Below are positions 17,563 to 27,967 of a stretch of DNA of 32,795 nt, piece after piece. How positions within the stretch are numbered: position 1 is the stretch's first letter; every line of letters starts with the position of its first letter. The notes beneath the pieces were generated by a model. The model was not told the DNA's origin, did not search any database, and saw only the letters and a list, made by a program, of their open reading frames with translations. Location: the NCBI GenBank assembly GCA_964534625.1, contig CAZHRF010000036.1, positions 1-32,795 on the forward strand, in the 5' to 3' direction. A program made the translations under genes and the position numbers. This DNA is from an uncultured archaeon (GTDB lineage Archaea > Asgardarchaeota > Heimdallarchaeia > Heimdallarchaeales > Heimdallarchaeaceae).

Positions 17563-17706
17563 AATGAACTACCTCACCCTAAAGGATTTTCCCCTCCTTT
17601 CTTAGTTCTTTTTTATTCAAAAAAACTTTGTATTCTAAAAGCGCATTGCTTTTTTTTCGCCATTCATCCCACCCCTCAAGGAGTGAGCATTCTAGCTATA
17701 TTATAG
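17563..17706. mobile_element. Non-autonomous IS200/IS605-family remnant (PATE/MITE-like; both end motifs, no transposase)
   Basis: AATGAACTACCTCACCCTAAAGG resembles the left-end AACTACCCCACCCTAAAGGGTGGGG hairpin (second arm lost); GCCATTCATCCCACCCCTCAAGGAGTGAGCATTCTAGC resembles the right-end ATTCATCCCACCCCTAAAGGGGTGGG hairpin. Confidence 0.7.
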
Positions 17707-17967
17707 TAAAAGTAGCTTTAAGTAGCTTCAATGAAAGGCAAATAAAATGAGAATAAGAGTGGAGTAGTATAGAGGATATAATCTAAAAACTAATCAATAA
17801 AAACACAAAAAGAGTTTAATGATATCTAAATTAGAGAAGAGCCCAATCTGTGACTATTTATAATAAGGGGGGTGAAATTTATTTATTTTTCTATTCATAG
17901 TCTAACCTTAGAAGTTATAACAGAGAGATGAAAAAGATAATTAAAAACCCTTGTAAGAGGTAAATAG

Positions 17968-19107
17968 ATGATTGAAAAAAAACCTACTCCAACTATGTTC
18001 ATTCTTCATGCTTATCAACCAGTTACACAAGAAAAAAAGGTATTCCAACGTATAATTGAAAATTGTTATGTACCTTTCTTTAAAAGGTTAAGAGAAAATA
18101 AAAACGCAAAAATTGTTTTAAATATTACTGGTTGTTTAATTGAACGACTAGTCAAAGAGAATGCGAAGGTTATTGAATTAATACAAGCCAATATTCAAAG
18201 TGGACAAATTGACTTGATGGGGTCAGCTTTTTATCATCCTATTTTACCCTTCCTATCCCCCAAAGAAATCCAATATCAGATACAAAAACAGACAAATATA
18301 ATACGTAAAGAATTCAATTATGACCCTCAAATATTCTTTCCGCCTGAATTAGCAATTAGCCCGGACATTATTGAATCAATAATAGATGAAGGATTCAAAG
18401 CAATTATTGGTCCAACCAATAGTCACCAATTTACATTCAGAGGCTTATATGAAACATTAGAAAAAAACATCATTATTTTAAATAGGGAAAAAAATATCAG
18501 CAATGGTATTTCTTTTAACGGATACAAGGGTCAAATTGAATCTGTTATTTATGATATTAGAAGTTCTTTTGAGCAACACCAATACCCAGTCATCATAGCC
18601 ATGGACTTGGAAACATATGGAGAACACATCCCCAATTATTATCAATTTTTTTATAGATTAGCTTCAAAACTTTTAACCATCACACACAAAGAATTATTAG
18701 AGCAATTTTCAGTTAAAAAAACCATCAACAATTTGATCCCTTCTTCTTGGTCGACTTCAGTAGATGATTTGAAGCAGGGGATATACTTTCCCTTGTGGGA
18801 TCATCCAGATAATAGCATACATCAATTACAACACTTACATACTTCACTCTTAGATTATTGTATTGAACACGTTTCTGTTGATGAGAGCACATATGACAAG
18901 TATCAAGCATCAAAATATTCATGTCAATATTGGTGGGCGTCAGGACATTGGTGGAGTAAAAAACTAATTAGGTTAGGTTTAGACTACCAAAAAGATGTTT
19001 TAAGCTTGATTTCCCCTCACTTGCCCTCAAATACAAAGCAAGCAGTTATAAAGCAATCTGAAAATATTATTAGACGTATTGACAGAATATTAGATATTAA
19101 GAAGTGA
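17968..19107 (+). CDS. Glycoside hydrolase family 57 (alpha-amylase/amylopullulanase-like)
   Basis: HAYQP, NITGCL, YHPILP, FFPPELA (nucleophile Glu), DLETYGEH (acid/base Asp), SCQYWW; GAGGT RBS. Confidence 0.9.
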   Translation: MIEKKPTPTMFILHAYQPVTQEKKVFQRIIENCYVPFFKRLRENKNAKIVLNITGCLIERLVKENAKVIELIQANIQSGQIDLMGSAFYHPILPFLSPKEIQYQIQKQTNIIRKEFNYDPQIFFPPELAISPDIIESIIDEGFKAIIGPTNSHQFTFRGLYETLEKNIIILNREKNISNGISFNGYKGQIESVIYDIRSSFEQHQYPVIIAMDLETYGEHIPNYYQFFYRLASKLLTITHKELLEQFSVKKTINNLIPSSWSTSVDDLKQGIYFPLWDHPDNSIHQLQHLHTSLLDYCIEHVSVDESTYDKYQASKYSCQYWWASGHWWSKKLIRLGLDYQKDVLSLISPHLPSNTKQAVIKQSENIIRRIDRILDIKK

Positions 19108-19113
19108 GAGATT

Positions 19114-20574
19114 ATGAAGGTTGTATTTTGTTCTGCTGAGGTCTTCCCGTTTTCAAAAACTGGGGGATTAGCAGATGTATCCAATTCTATCCCAAAAGAA
19201 ATAAGCAAGTTAGGACATGATGTAGTTATTATTACTCCATTATACAAATTTATTAACCTAGAAGATTACTCCATTGAGTTAAAAAATGAACACTTGTATA
19301 CATTTATCGGAGACTTCAGAGAAACATTTGCTTTATATGAATCTATTTTACCTGATAGTGATGTAAGAGTTTACTTTGTTAGACATCCATATTTATACAG
19401 AGACGGAATTTACACAGATAATGATGATGAAGAGTATCCCGACAATGCAATGAGATTTTTATTTTTTAGCAAAGTTATATTTGCTGTTTTAGAGTATCTC
19501 TCTTTTTCACCAGATATAATCCACGTTAATGATTGGCATACTGGTCTTGTTCCCTTTTTTCATAAAACGGAGTTTATAAAAAAGTATTATTTTAAAGACA
19601 CAAAAACAGTTTTCACTATTCATAACATAGGGTATCAAGGGAGTTATGCTTTTGATAAAATCAGTCGTGCTGATATTCCGGACAAATATTTTACTGAAGA
19701 CTTTATTGTTCATTATGATTTAGCCAATTTTATGAAGACAGGCATAGTCTTTGCAGATATAGTTACAACAGTTAGTCAACAATATAGTATAGAGATAGGC
19801 ACTAAAGAATATGGACATGGATTGGAAGGTTCAATTCAAAAACGTAAGAACGATTTATATGGCATTGTACATGGTATTGATTACTCACAATGGGATCCTA
19901 AAACAGATCCATATATTGAAACTAATTATGATCATACAGAATTAAAAGGCAAAAAGGAATGTAAGAGGGCGTTACAACAAGAATTGGGCCTTGAACAAAC
20001 AGATAAGCCACTATTAGGCATTGTTTCTCGTCTCGCTTATCAGAAAGGTCTAGATTTGGTACTCGAAAAATTTGATGAAATACTTGGATTAGGTGTCCAA
20101 CTAGTCTTATTAGGGACAGGAGATAAGCAACTTGAAAAACAATTTAAAGAAAAACAAAAAGAATATCCACATAACTGTTCTATAAACATCACTTTCAACA
20201 ACGAACTAGCTCACAAAATTGAAGCAGGAGTAGATCTATTTTTAATGCCCTCACGTTATGAACCATGTGGATTAAACCAAATGTATTCAATGATTTATGG
20301 TACTATCCCTATTGTCAGAAAGACTGGTGGTTTGGCGGATACAGTTCAAGAGTACAATTTGAAAAAGCAAACAGGAAATGGTTTTATATTTGAAAATTAT
20401 GATCCCGATGAATTTTTGGATGCAATTAAACGAGCTGTCCAGCTTTATAAAAACAGACCTAAGTTGTGGAAATCTCTTGTCAAAAAAGTAATGCAAATTG
20501 ATTTTGCATGGAAAAAAGTTGCAAAAGAATGGGAGAGAATATACAAAAAAGTTCATTCTTTGTGTAATATGTAA
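19114..20574 (+). CDS. glgA: Glycogen/starch synthase (GT5)
   Basis: KTGGLADV, HVNDWHTG, TIHNIGYQG, VSRLAYQKG, PSRYEPCGLNQM, TGGLADTV. Confidence 0.95.
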   Translation: MKVVFCSAEVFPFSKTGGLADVSNSIPKEISKLGHDVVIITPLYKFINLEDYSIELKNEHLYTFIGDFRETFALYESILPDSDVRVYFVRHPYLYRDGIYTDNDDEEYPDNAMRFLFFSKVIFAVLEYLSFSPDIIHVNDWHTGLVPFFHKTEFIKKYYFKDTKTVFTIHNIGYQGSYAFDKISRADIPDKYFTEDFIVHYDLANFMKTGIVFADIVTTVSQQYSIEIGTKEYGHGLEGSIQKRKNDLYGIVHGIDYSQWDPKTDPYIETNYDHTELKGKKECKRALQQELGLEQTDKPLLGIVSRLAYQKGLDLVLEKFDEILGLGVQLVLLGTGDKQLEKQFKEKQKEYPHNCSINITFNNELAHKIEAGVDLFLMPSRYEPCGLNQMYSMIYGTIPIVRKTGGLADTVQEYNLKKQTGNGFIFENYDPDEFLDAIKRAVQLYKNRPKLWKSLVKKVMQIDFAWKKVAKEWERIYKKVHSLCNM

Positions 20575-20597
20575 AGTTCATTCTTTGTGTAATATGT
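20548..20597. repeat. Perfect 25-bp tandem duplication at the convergent glgA/GH13 junction
   Basis: AAAGTTCATTCTTTGTGTAATATGT at 20548-20572 and 20573-20597. Confidence 0.95.
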
Positions 20598-23500
20598 TTT
20601 TTACTTTATATTCCGAATCTTCTGCTTTCCTCTTCAAATTTTTCATGGATTCTTGTAAAGCAAATATCGGTTTTTGATCTTCTTCTCCTCTAATGATTTT
20701 GTTTTTATATTCAAGAAGTGATAACAGATATAACCATTCTATAAATGTCTCATATTTTTCTTTATTGAACCATAAGACACCTTTAAAATCGTTTACTTCA
20801 AGATAAGATGTCCCTTTGACATCATTAAACAAGGTATCAAATAGAGTTTTATAGTCCGCTCTCTCTACTGGCATTTTTCTAGTAACTATAAGCAAAGGGA
20901 GTAAATTCAATATCGTCTCAGGATTAAATTCTGTTTTTTCTTTGACAATTTGTTCAATTACGTGTTTTAAGAATAACTCATCCATCATTCCCAAAGTAAT
21001 TGTATTTACATTTTTTGTATCAATAAGCTTCCCTATATCCTTTAACAATAAATTCAGTATTATTATAAGATAGAGTCCTTCTTTCTTGTTTTCCGACAGA
21101 AGATGACCCACATATTCTTCACATAAAATCTTACTTTCCTTTGCTTGTTCTAAATTGTTTTTTAGATAAATTAAATTCAGTAATTGGTTCTTGAAGTGAG
21201 TGAGCATTTCTTCTACTATTTCTTGATTTTTTGTCTCTACTTTTCTAATCACTTCTTCAATAAACACCTTATAACTTGTAAGTGCTGTATCTATTTTTCC
21301 TTCTTTAATACCTTTTGTGCACCTTTCTACACTTTGTTTAAATGCACTATGAACGTGCTTGAAATTAATTAATCTTATTTCATTACGTATACTTTTTGTT
21401 CCTCTCCCCTTTAGCTCTTTGTATACTTCTGCGTATAACTCATTTCTTGTATCTTTTATCTCATAAAAATTAACGAATACATGATATTGATACGCATTTA
21501 GCTCAATATACAAGCCCTTACTGTGTATTTCTTTACTCTTTCTGATATATTTCAATCCACTTATACTATCTTTAAAACAACAAAAATATCCTCTTTTATT
21601 GGTTAAATTGAGAACGTTAGCTAAAGTTGTTGTTTTCTTTATCTTTTCTTCAGCTGTCTTCACCACATATGCTTCTGAATCTTTTATCCAACCTCTGGCT
21701 TCTGCATATTTATTGTGATATAAAACCAATGACTGCTCATTTTCTATGCCATTTGAATATGCAAATATATTTTCTTGTACGTTTCCAGTTCCGTCTTTTA
21801 CATTATATAACCGGAAATTTTTACTTTCAGCAAATAAATACCTTTTTCTAAGCAATGGGACAATTATATTTTCATGTTTATTTACCAGTTCAATATCTTC
21901 TCTTTCATCCCAATACGCCTGTCTATATTCCATCCCATATTTTTCTGAGAAACCTTGAAACTGTCCATGTCCAAACATTGGAAGGCCAGGTAAAGTTGCC
22001 AATAAAACACAAACCCCGAAGTATTTATCTCCTTTCCCAAATTGTATAACAGCCGGTTCTTCATCTGGATTATTCATAAAATTAACAAAACGCTTCAAAA
22101 TTTCTGGATCAAACTCTAATGTGTTTTTTATTGTCTCTCGATATTTTTGATTTTCCTCATTTTTCAACATGTTCATGAATGCACTATTATAGACTCTGTG
22201 CATCCCCAAACTTCTTACAAAATACCCTTCTAATAACCAAAATGCTTCAGCTAATAGAAGCGTATTTGGTGCTTCTTGAGCTATTCTATCTACAACTTCT
22301 CTCCAGAACTCTTTAGGCATTAACTTATCAAATTCTTCTTTTGATAAACCATGTTCTGCACGAGAGGGTATTCCACCCCCTTTTCCCGGTTCAGGATACC
22401 ATAACCGTTGAAAATGTTGTTTTGTTAGGACCATGGCGGCATCAAACCTAATTATAGGAAAGAGTTTTGCTACATGAATTATTTTATTTATTACTGCCTC
22501 TCTCACTCTTTCTTTTAAAAAGTCTAATTGTGCTGTGTCATTCCAAGGCATATCCGTACCGTCATTTCCATGATAAATATAATTAACAGCGCCATTCTGG
22601 AAATCTACTCTTTTAAAGACTACAGCAGCATCAGTTCTAGTATAATAGTGGTCTTCCAAGTATAGTCCCATCCTAGGATCTGAAGACAAGTTTTCTCCTT
22701 CAAAGATATATGAAGGAAAGGGACTTTCTAATACTGATATAAACCAATCTGGATGTTCAATTAACCACTTGGAATCTAAGCCAGTATGATTAGGTACCAT
22801 ATCACCAGATAACCTTATTCCACGTTTTTTTGTTTGATCCTTTAAATATACGTAAGATTCATATCCACCTAGATCTGTGGCTATTTGATAATCATATAAT
22901 GAATACGCAGAAGCTTCTGCTTCCGGATTGCCCATTTTTCGTTTAATTTTTTTAGATATTTTGCTTCTTTCCCAAAGTCCAATTAACCATAAGGCATTAA
23001 ATCCCCATTTGGCCAATTGATCTAGTTCCTCGTCTGGTATTTCATCCAATCGGGATATTGGACGCTTATATTTTTTCGATAATTGATTCAACCAGACATA
23101 AGTATTCTTTGCTACAAGAACTACTTTGGGCATCCAATTTTCATCCGGGCTATATCTCTCTTGTCCTTCTATTCCTTCATAATACAAAATGTGAGCTTCA
23201 CCCGGCCCTCCTCCTCTAAAAACTTGTTCTTCCTCGATTACACCTATACTTGTAAGTATTCTACTTATCATATGTTCTGGCAGGAAATCCCAATTTTTCT
23301 GTATATAATCCAATTGATCTTTCAGATCAGAGGAATGTACAATAGGTTTAAATATAAAATCAACAAGAGTTTCATTTTTGAAAGATTTTGTTTGCAATTC
23401 TTCCTTTATACGATGGGTAAAATCTTTATATTCGGTTATTTTTTTTATGTCTTCATCCGAAATTAAATAACGAGAACCTTCTATTGCCAAATTACTATTG

Positions 23501-23955
23501 TGAATATCTAGTAGCGCTATTTCTGTTAGTGTTTTTATTAATTCAGTTTCATCAGCAAGAATTTCTTCAACGTGTTCATCAATAGTTTTTTTTTCTAATA
23601 AAACATCGAAAATAGGAAAATTAAAGGCATGTACTTTTATTACCTCTCGTAACTCTTCTTTTGTATAAACAGAATCTAATTTGTTAATTATCCCCTCAAA
23701 TGGATTGTTCCCCACTTCTTTTTCGTATGTATGTATCACTTCCCTAAATGCTTGATCTATAAGAGAGACACCGTTCAATTCTCCAGCCCTCACCATCTTT
23801 TGTTGATCTTGACTTTTTTCCTTATCCAGTCTCTCATTAATTATTTTTGCAAATATTCTTGCTTGGTAGATAGTAGACAAATCTAACCCTTTACCTTTAG
23901 ACAAAAAAGATTCATTTATTCCCTCAATTTGGTAAAACTCTCTTCGAATGTACAT
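20578..23955 (-). CDS. Large GH13 alpha-amylase-family protein
   Basis: DMVPNHTG (region I), IRFDAAM (nucleophile Asp), LLAEAFW (acid/base Glu), FMNNPDE (region IV), LPGLPMF. Confidence 0.88.
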   Translation of the reverse strand: MYIRREFYQIEGINESFLSKGKGLDLSTIYQARIFAKIINERLDKEKSQDQQKMVRAGELNGVSLIDQAFREVIHTYEKEVGNNPFEGIINKLDSVYTKEELREVIKVHAFNFPIFDVLLEKKTIDEHVEEILADETELIKTLTEIALLDIHNSNLAIEGSRYLISDEDIKKITEYKDFTHRIKEELQTKSFKNETLVDFIFKPIVHSSDLKDQLDYIQKNWDFLPEHMISRILTSIGVIEEEQVFRGGGPGEAHILYYEGIEGQERYSPDENWMPKVVLVAKNTYVWLNQLSKKYKRPISRLDEIPDEELDQLAKWGFNALWLIGLWERSKISKKIKRKMGNPEAEASAYSLYDYQIATDLGGYESYVYLKDQTKKRGIRLSGDMVPNHTGLDSKWLIEHPDWFISVLESPFPSYIFEGENLSSDPRMGLYLEDHYYTRTDAAVVFKRVDFQNGAVNYIYHGNDGTDMPWNDTAQLDFLKERVREAVINKIIHVAKLFPIIRFDAAMVLTKQHFQRLWYPEPGKGGGIPSRAEHGLSKEEFDKLMPKEFWREVVDRIAQEAPNTLLLAEAFWLLEGYFVRSLGMHRVYNSAFMNMLKNEENQKYRETIKNTLEFDPEILKRFVNFMNNPDEEPAVIQFGKGDKYFGVCVLLATLPGLPMFGHGQFQGFSEKYGMEYRQAYWDEREDIELVNKHENIIVPLLRKRYLFAESKNFRLYNVKDGTGNVQENIFAYSNGIENEQSLVLYHNKYAEARGWIKDSEAYVVKTAEEKIKKTTTLANVLNLTNKRGYFCCFKDSISGLKYIRKSKEIHSKGLYIELNAYQYHVFVNFYEIKDTRNELYAEVYKELKGRGTKSIRNEIRLINFKHVHSAFKQSVERCTKGIKEGKIDTALTSYKVFIEEVIRKVETKNQEIVEEMLTHFKNQLLNLIYLKNNLEQAKESKILCEEYVGHLLSENKKEGLYLIIILNLLLKDIGKLIDTKNVNTITLGMMDELFLKHVIEQIVKEKTEFNPETILNLLPLLIVTRKMPVERADYKTLFDTLFNDVKGTSYLEVNDFKGVLWFNKEKYETFIEWLYLLSLLEYKNKIIRGEEDQKPIFALQESMKNLKRKAEDSEYKVKNILHKE

Positions 23956-23967
23956 TTACCTTTCCAC

Positions 23968-25368
23968 CTATTCTGTAGCAAAAGATGTTTCTATTTCTTC
24001 TATTGTTTTAATAACCTCTTCGAGCATTCTTTTCCGTTCTTCCTGATCTTCAGCACAAGCTCTAATAACAATTTTTGATGCTACAATGGTAGAGAAAACA
24101 TGTACCCAAGCTCTTGGTTCGAAAATTAGTTTAACTCCATTCAATGTATTAACGATTTTATTTTCTGTATCCATTTCATATAAAGATCTGAAGAAAACTT
24201 CAGGATTAACATTCAATGTATAATTTTCTTCAGTTAAATACAGTTTATTAAAATAGTCATGAGCTTCTATAAATGTAGATATATATTTACACTCTTTATT
24301 CTGTGCAAATATTGACAATAAAGATAAAGCAGTAATGAATGGTTCTGATTCATTAGAGAATGTAGGATGAATATAATTACCTTGCTCATTTGCTCCGAAT
24401 ATTCCTCTATTGAACTGTATCGCACGAGACATATCACCTGGTGATTCGTCTGAATAATGTACCGTTATATTCTGCTTTTTCAACCACTCTTCTAACGTCC
24501 ATAGAGTTTTGGATAATACGATGTGAGCTTTTTCTCTTCCGACCATTTTGTTTTTGAGTAATATGGTGATTACAGTATGGGGATCAATAATATACCCATT
24601 TTCATCAAAAAACAACACTCTTGAACCCGATGGAGAAAAGCATATACCCAAATCAGCTTTGGCTGCCAATACGGTTCTAGATAGAATGGTTAACGATGTG
24701 GGACTAGGAAGGGATTCAGGGATTCCTTCCGGTTTAAAAGCATTCAAAGTCAGTACTTTACACCCCAAACCAGCTAATAAATTGGGGAAGATCTCAGCTA
24801 CGGGACCTAGAGCACAGTCTATAACAACAGAAAAGTTTCTTTCTCTTAATCCTTCCAAATTTAAGGCCGATTTAACAGCTGAACGATAAATATCATTTGC
24901 TTGATTTACAGACAAAATATCAGCGATATTATCAGCACTAGCACGCTGAATTTCAAACTCATTTGTTCTTTTATGAGAAAAAATATCATCAAATGCGTGT
25001 TCAACCCCCATTTGGTCAAAAATCCTTATATTAATTTTCTCTGGTGATCTGTGGGCAGCAGCAAAATGAACCGCAGCATGGGCACCAAATCTTCTTAATG
25101 CAAATTGTAGTACAGGAAGAGAACAGGCATGTAGTTCAAATACTGTTGTTCCAGTACTTATTAATCCAGAGTTAAATGCTCGACTCACCATTCTTGTGTC
25201 TCTACGATAATCACGTGCAGTAACAACAACAGCTTCTTCACCGCCCATATAGTTCCCTAATATAGCACCAAGCGACGAGGCAATTTCAGGGGAAAGTTCT
25301 GTAGCCTTTCCAGCTAAACGGTTTTTTCGTTTAAATTCGGTAAAATTGAAGCCTTCTTTGATTTTCAT
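23968..25368 (-). CDS. Phosphomannomutase/phosphoglucomutase-fold protein with degenerate active site
   Basis: LSPEIA..LG, VVTARDYR..SGLISTG, VVIDCALG, ADLGI..RV..DENG, NGVKL; TASHNP is replaced by AAAHRSP and DxDxDR by SPSGSR. Confidence 0.85.
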   Translation of the reverse strand: MKIKEGFNFTEFKRKNRLAGKATELSPEIASSLGAILGNYMGGEEAVVVTARDYRRDTRMVSRAFNSGLISTGTTVFELHACSLPVLQFALRRFGAHAAVHFAAAHRSPEKINIRIFDQMGVEHAFDDIFSHKRTNEFEIQRASADNIADILSVNQANDIYRSAVKSALNLEGLRERNFSVVIDCALGPVAEIFPNLLAGLGCKVLTLNAFKPEGIPESLPSPTSLTILSRTVLAAKADLGICFSPSGSRVLFFDENGYIIDPHTVITILLKNKMVGREKAHIVLSKTLWTLEEWLKKQNITVHYSDESPGDMSRAIQFNRGIFGANEQGNYIHPTFSNESEPFITALSLLSIFAQNKECKYISTFIEAHDYFNKLYLTEENYTLNVNPEVFFRSLYEMDTENKIVNTLNGVKLIFEPRAWVHVFSTIVASKIVIRACAEDQEERKRMLEEVIKTIEEIETSFATE

Positions 25369-25493
25369 TACAACTCAACAATGTCTATGCACCTTTTTAA
25401 AGGTTGGTAACAAGAATCTATCTCCCAACTGCTTACTTTCTTATATTAAATGAGGTGAAGATTTATTAAATATAATATCAGTAGATTATCTGA

Positions 25494-26624
25494 ATGGCAG
25501 ATATAGATTGTGCAGTAGTCTTGGCGGGAGGAAAAGGAACTAGATTGCGTCCATTAACTACTGATAAACCCAAACCATTAGTCCCCGTATGTCTAACCCC
25601 TATGATTGACTTTGCAATTGATGCTTTAGTCAAAGCAAAAATCAAGAAAGTCATTGTGGCGGTAAAATACTTGGGTGAACAAATTCGCCAATATCTCAAA
25701 GAGAAAGAAGAGTATTCCGACTTAGAAATTTTCATTCCAGATATTGACCCTGTTGGAACAGCTGATGCAGTAAGGAAAGTATCCGATCTTATTAACGGTG
25801 ATTTTATCGTTTCCATGGCAGATATTGTCTGCAATTTAGATTTAAACAAAATGATTAATTTTTATTCTTCGACTCAATCATATTCAACTATTAGCCTTAA
25901 AAATATAAACTTTCCAACTAAAAAATTTGGAGTTATAATGTTGGATCACCAACAAAATATAGAAATATTTCTCGAAAAACCTTTACCTCAAGATTTGTTA
26001 TTCACAACTTTAGCCTATGCTCATAGACCTGTGGCAGAATTTCATCAAAATCTGGTCAATACAGGCATATATATATTCAATCATAAAATATTAGAGATTT
26101 TTGATAGTTTTAGCGATATAGTTGATTTTGGAAAAGATGTTTTTCCTTATCTTCTTTACGAAAAATTCAAACTTAACGGGTTTGTTAGCGACTATTATTG
26201 GATGGATTGTGGAAACCCTAAGAACTATCTTTGGGCAAACTGGGATCTATTACGTGGTTTCGTTGATGGAGTGACACCTCCAGGAAATAACTATGATGGT
26301 AAATGGATAGGAAAAGAAGTAGATCTAAGTCCTAACGCGCAAATCATCCCTCCTGTTGTAATAGGAGATAACGTAATAATAGAAGAAAAAACAGAAATTG
26401 GACCGTTTACAGTTATAGGTGCAGACTCTCATATTGAACAAGGGGTAAAAGTAGACCATGCAGTCTTATGGGAAAATGTACAAGTACAAGAGGGAGCTTA
26501 TATACACAAGGCTACATTGTGTGATAACGTAATAATTGAACCAAAAATAAATATTACAAACTATTCGGTGATAGGCAAAGGACTAAAAATAGACTCCAAT
26601 ATTGAAGCAAGTAAAAAGGGTTAA
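25494..26624 (+). CDS. NDP-sugar pyrophosphorylase (mannose-1-P guanylyltransferase/CugP-like) with left-handed beta-helix
   Basis: LAGGKGTRLRPLT..PKPLVPV, GTADAV, FLEKP, NTGIYIF, DFGKDVFP, YWMDCG, hexapeptide repeats. Confidence 0.9.
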   Translation: MADIDCAVVLAGGKGTRLRPLTTDKPKPLVPVCLTPMIDFAIDALVKAKIKKVIVAVKYLGEQIRQYLKEKEEYSDLEIFIPDIDPVGTADAVRKVSDLINGDFIVSMADIVCNLDLNKMINFYSSTQSYSTISLKNINFPTKKFGVIMLDHQQNIEIFLEKPLPQDLLFTTLAYAHRPVAEFHQNLVNTGIYIFNHKILEIFDSFSDIVDFGKDVFPYLLYEKFKLNGFVSDYYWMDCGNPKNYLWANWDLLRGFVDGVTPPGNNYDGKWIGKEVDLSPNAQIIPPVVIGDNVIIEEKTEIGPFTVIGADSHIEQGVKVDHAVLWENVQVQEGAYIHKATLCDNVIIEPKINITNYSVIGKGLKIDSNIEASKKG

Positions 26625-26761
26625 TACACCCCTTTTACGCTTAAATAATACAACCCATAATAAAAAGCTATTAGAATTTCTTGAATATTAGTAAGGTGCT
26701 ACCAATATGTTTATTTTTTTAATATTCTAGTGAGTAAACATCATTCATGTAAGTGATTAAT

Positions 26762-27967
26762 ATGAAAATATCTAACCGTACTGCTAGTTTCAGTTATGCA
26801 ATAAGAGATGTCCTTAAAGTTGCTAATGAAGTTGAAAAACAAGGACATGAACTCATTAAACTTAACATAGGGGACCCCATAAAATACGATTTTAAAACGC
26901 CTGACCTTTTAACTAAACCATTGCGTTATTCAAGAGAAGAGAATTATAATTATTATGCCGATTCTCAGGGATTATTAGAATTTAGAGAAGAATTAGCAAA
27001 ATACGAAAATAGAAAACATGATGTAAACATCACAAGTAAAGATATAGTGGCAACAATGGGAGTAAGTGAGGGGATACAGATGACATTCATGGCATTTACC
27101 AATGCAGGAGATAGAGTGTTATTACCTGGTATTCATTATCCTAGTTATTCGGGTAATTCCGCCATTTTTGACTGCGATACCCAATATTATAACACCCCCA
27201 TAGAAAAGGACTTTTACCCCGACCCTGATGGTATTAGAAAACTTATGACTGATAAAACTAAACTCGTTTTTATTAATACTCCAAACAATCCCACAGGTAG
27301 TGTATATTCAGAAAAAGCACTAAAAGAAGTAATTAATATTGTAGGAGAATATGATGCGTGTATTGTCTCTGACGAAACATATGACTATCTTGTATTAGAT
27401 GAAGGAGAAAAACATATAGCTACAGCTAAACTAGCTAAAGATGTACCTGTTATAGCTTACAACGGGTTTAGCAAAGTGTTTCTAGCACCTGGTTGGCGAC
27501 TGGGCTATGCATATAAACATGATCCTGAAGATAAAATACTAGATCCATGGAACGGAATGATGAAATTAACTAGATTGAGGTTATGTGCATCTACACCGCT
27601 TCAAAAAGCAGGAACAGAAGCATTAAAACAAGATTTAGACAAGTATCTTGCTGGAGTTATAACAACCCTAAAAGAAAGAAGAGATGTAATGTACAAAAGA
27701 TTGCACGAAATGGAAGGAATATCAGTTTACAAACCAAAAGCAGCTTTCTATATATTTCCTAAAATAGATCTGGAACTATTCGACTGGAAAACAGATCAAG
27801 AATTTGTGTATTCATTCTTAAGAGAAAAACATGTATTAACAGTGTTTGGTAGCGGATTTGGACCATATGGAAAGAATCACTTTAGAATGGTGTATCTACC
27901 ACCAGAAGAACAAATAGAAATTGCAATGGACAAATTAGATAGTTTGCTCAGAGAACATAAGAAATAG
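26762..27967 (+). CDS. PLP-dependent class I/II aminotransferase (alanine aminotransferase-like)
   Basis: YAIRDV, KLNIGDP, GVSEGI, NTPNNPTG, SDETYD, NGFSK..PGWRLGY; ATG 26762 preferred over GTG 26753. Confidence 0.9.
   Translation: MKISNRTASFSYAIRDVLKVANEVEKQGHELIKLNIGDPIKYDFKTPDLLTKPLRYSREENYNYYADSQGLLEFREELAKYENRKHDVNITSKDIVATMGVSEGIQMTFMAFTNAGDRVLLPGIHYPSYSGNSAIFDCDTQYYNTPIEKDFYPDPDGIRKLMTDKTKLVFINTPNNPTGSVYSEKALKEVINIVGEYDACIVSDETYDYLVLDEGEKHIATAKLAKDVPVIAYNGFSKVFLAPGWRLGYAYKHDPEDKILDPWNGMMKLTRLRLCASTPLQKAGTEALKQDLDKYLAGVITTLKERRDVMYKRLHEMEGISVYKPKAAFYIFPKIDLELFDWKTDQEFVYSFLREKHVLTVFGSGFGPYGKNHFRMVYLPPEEQIEIAMDKLDSLLREHKK

Noticed and set aside
17506-17706. 66-aa ORF
   Set aside because: Reads through IS-end palindromes (ELPHPKG / IHPTPQG are typical translations of such ends)
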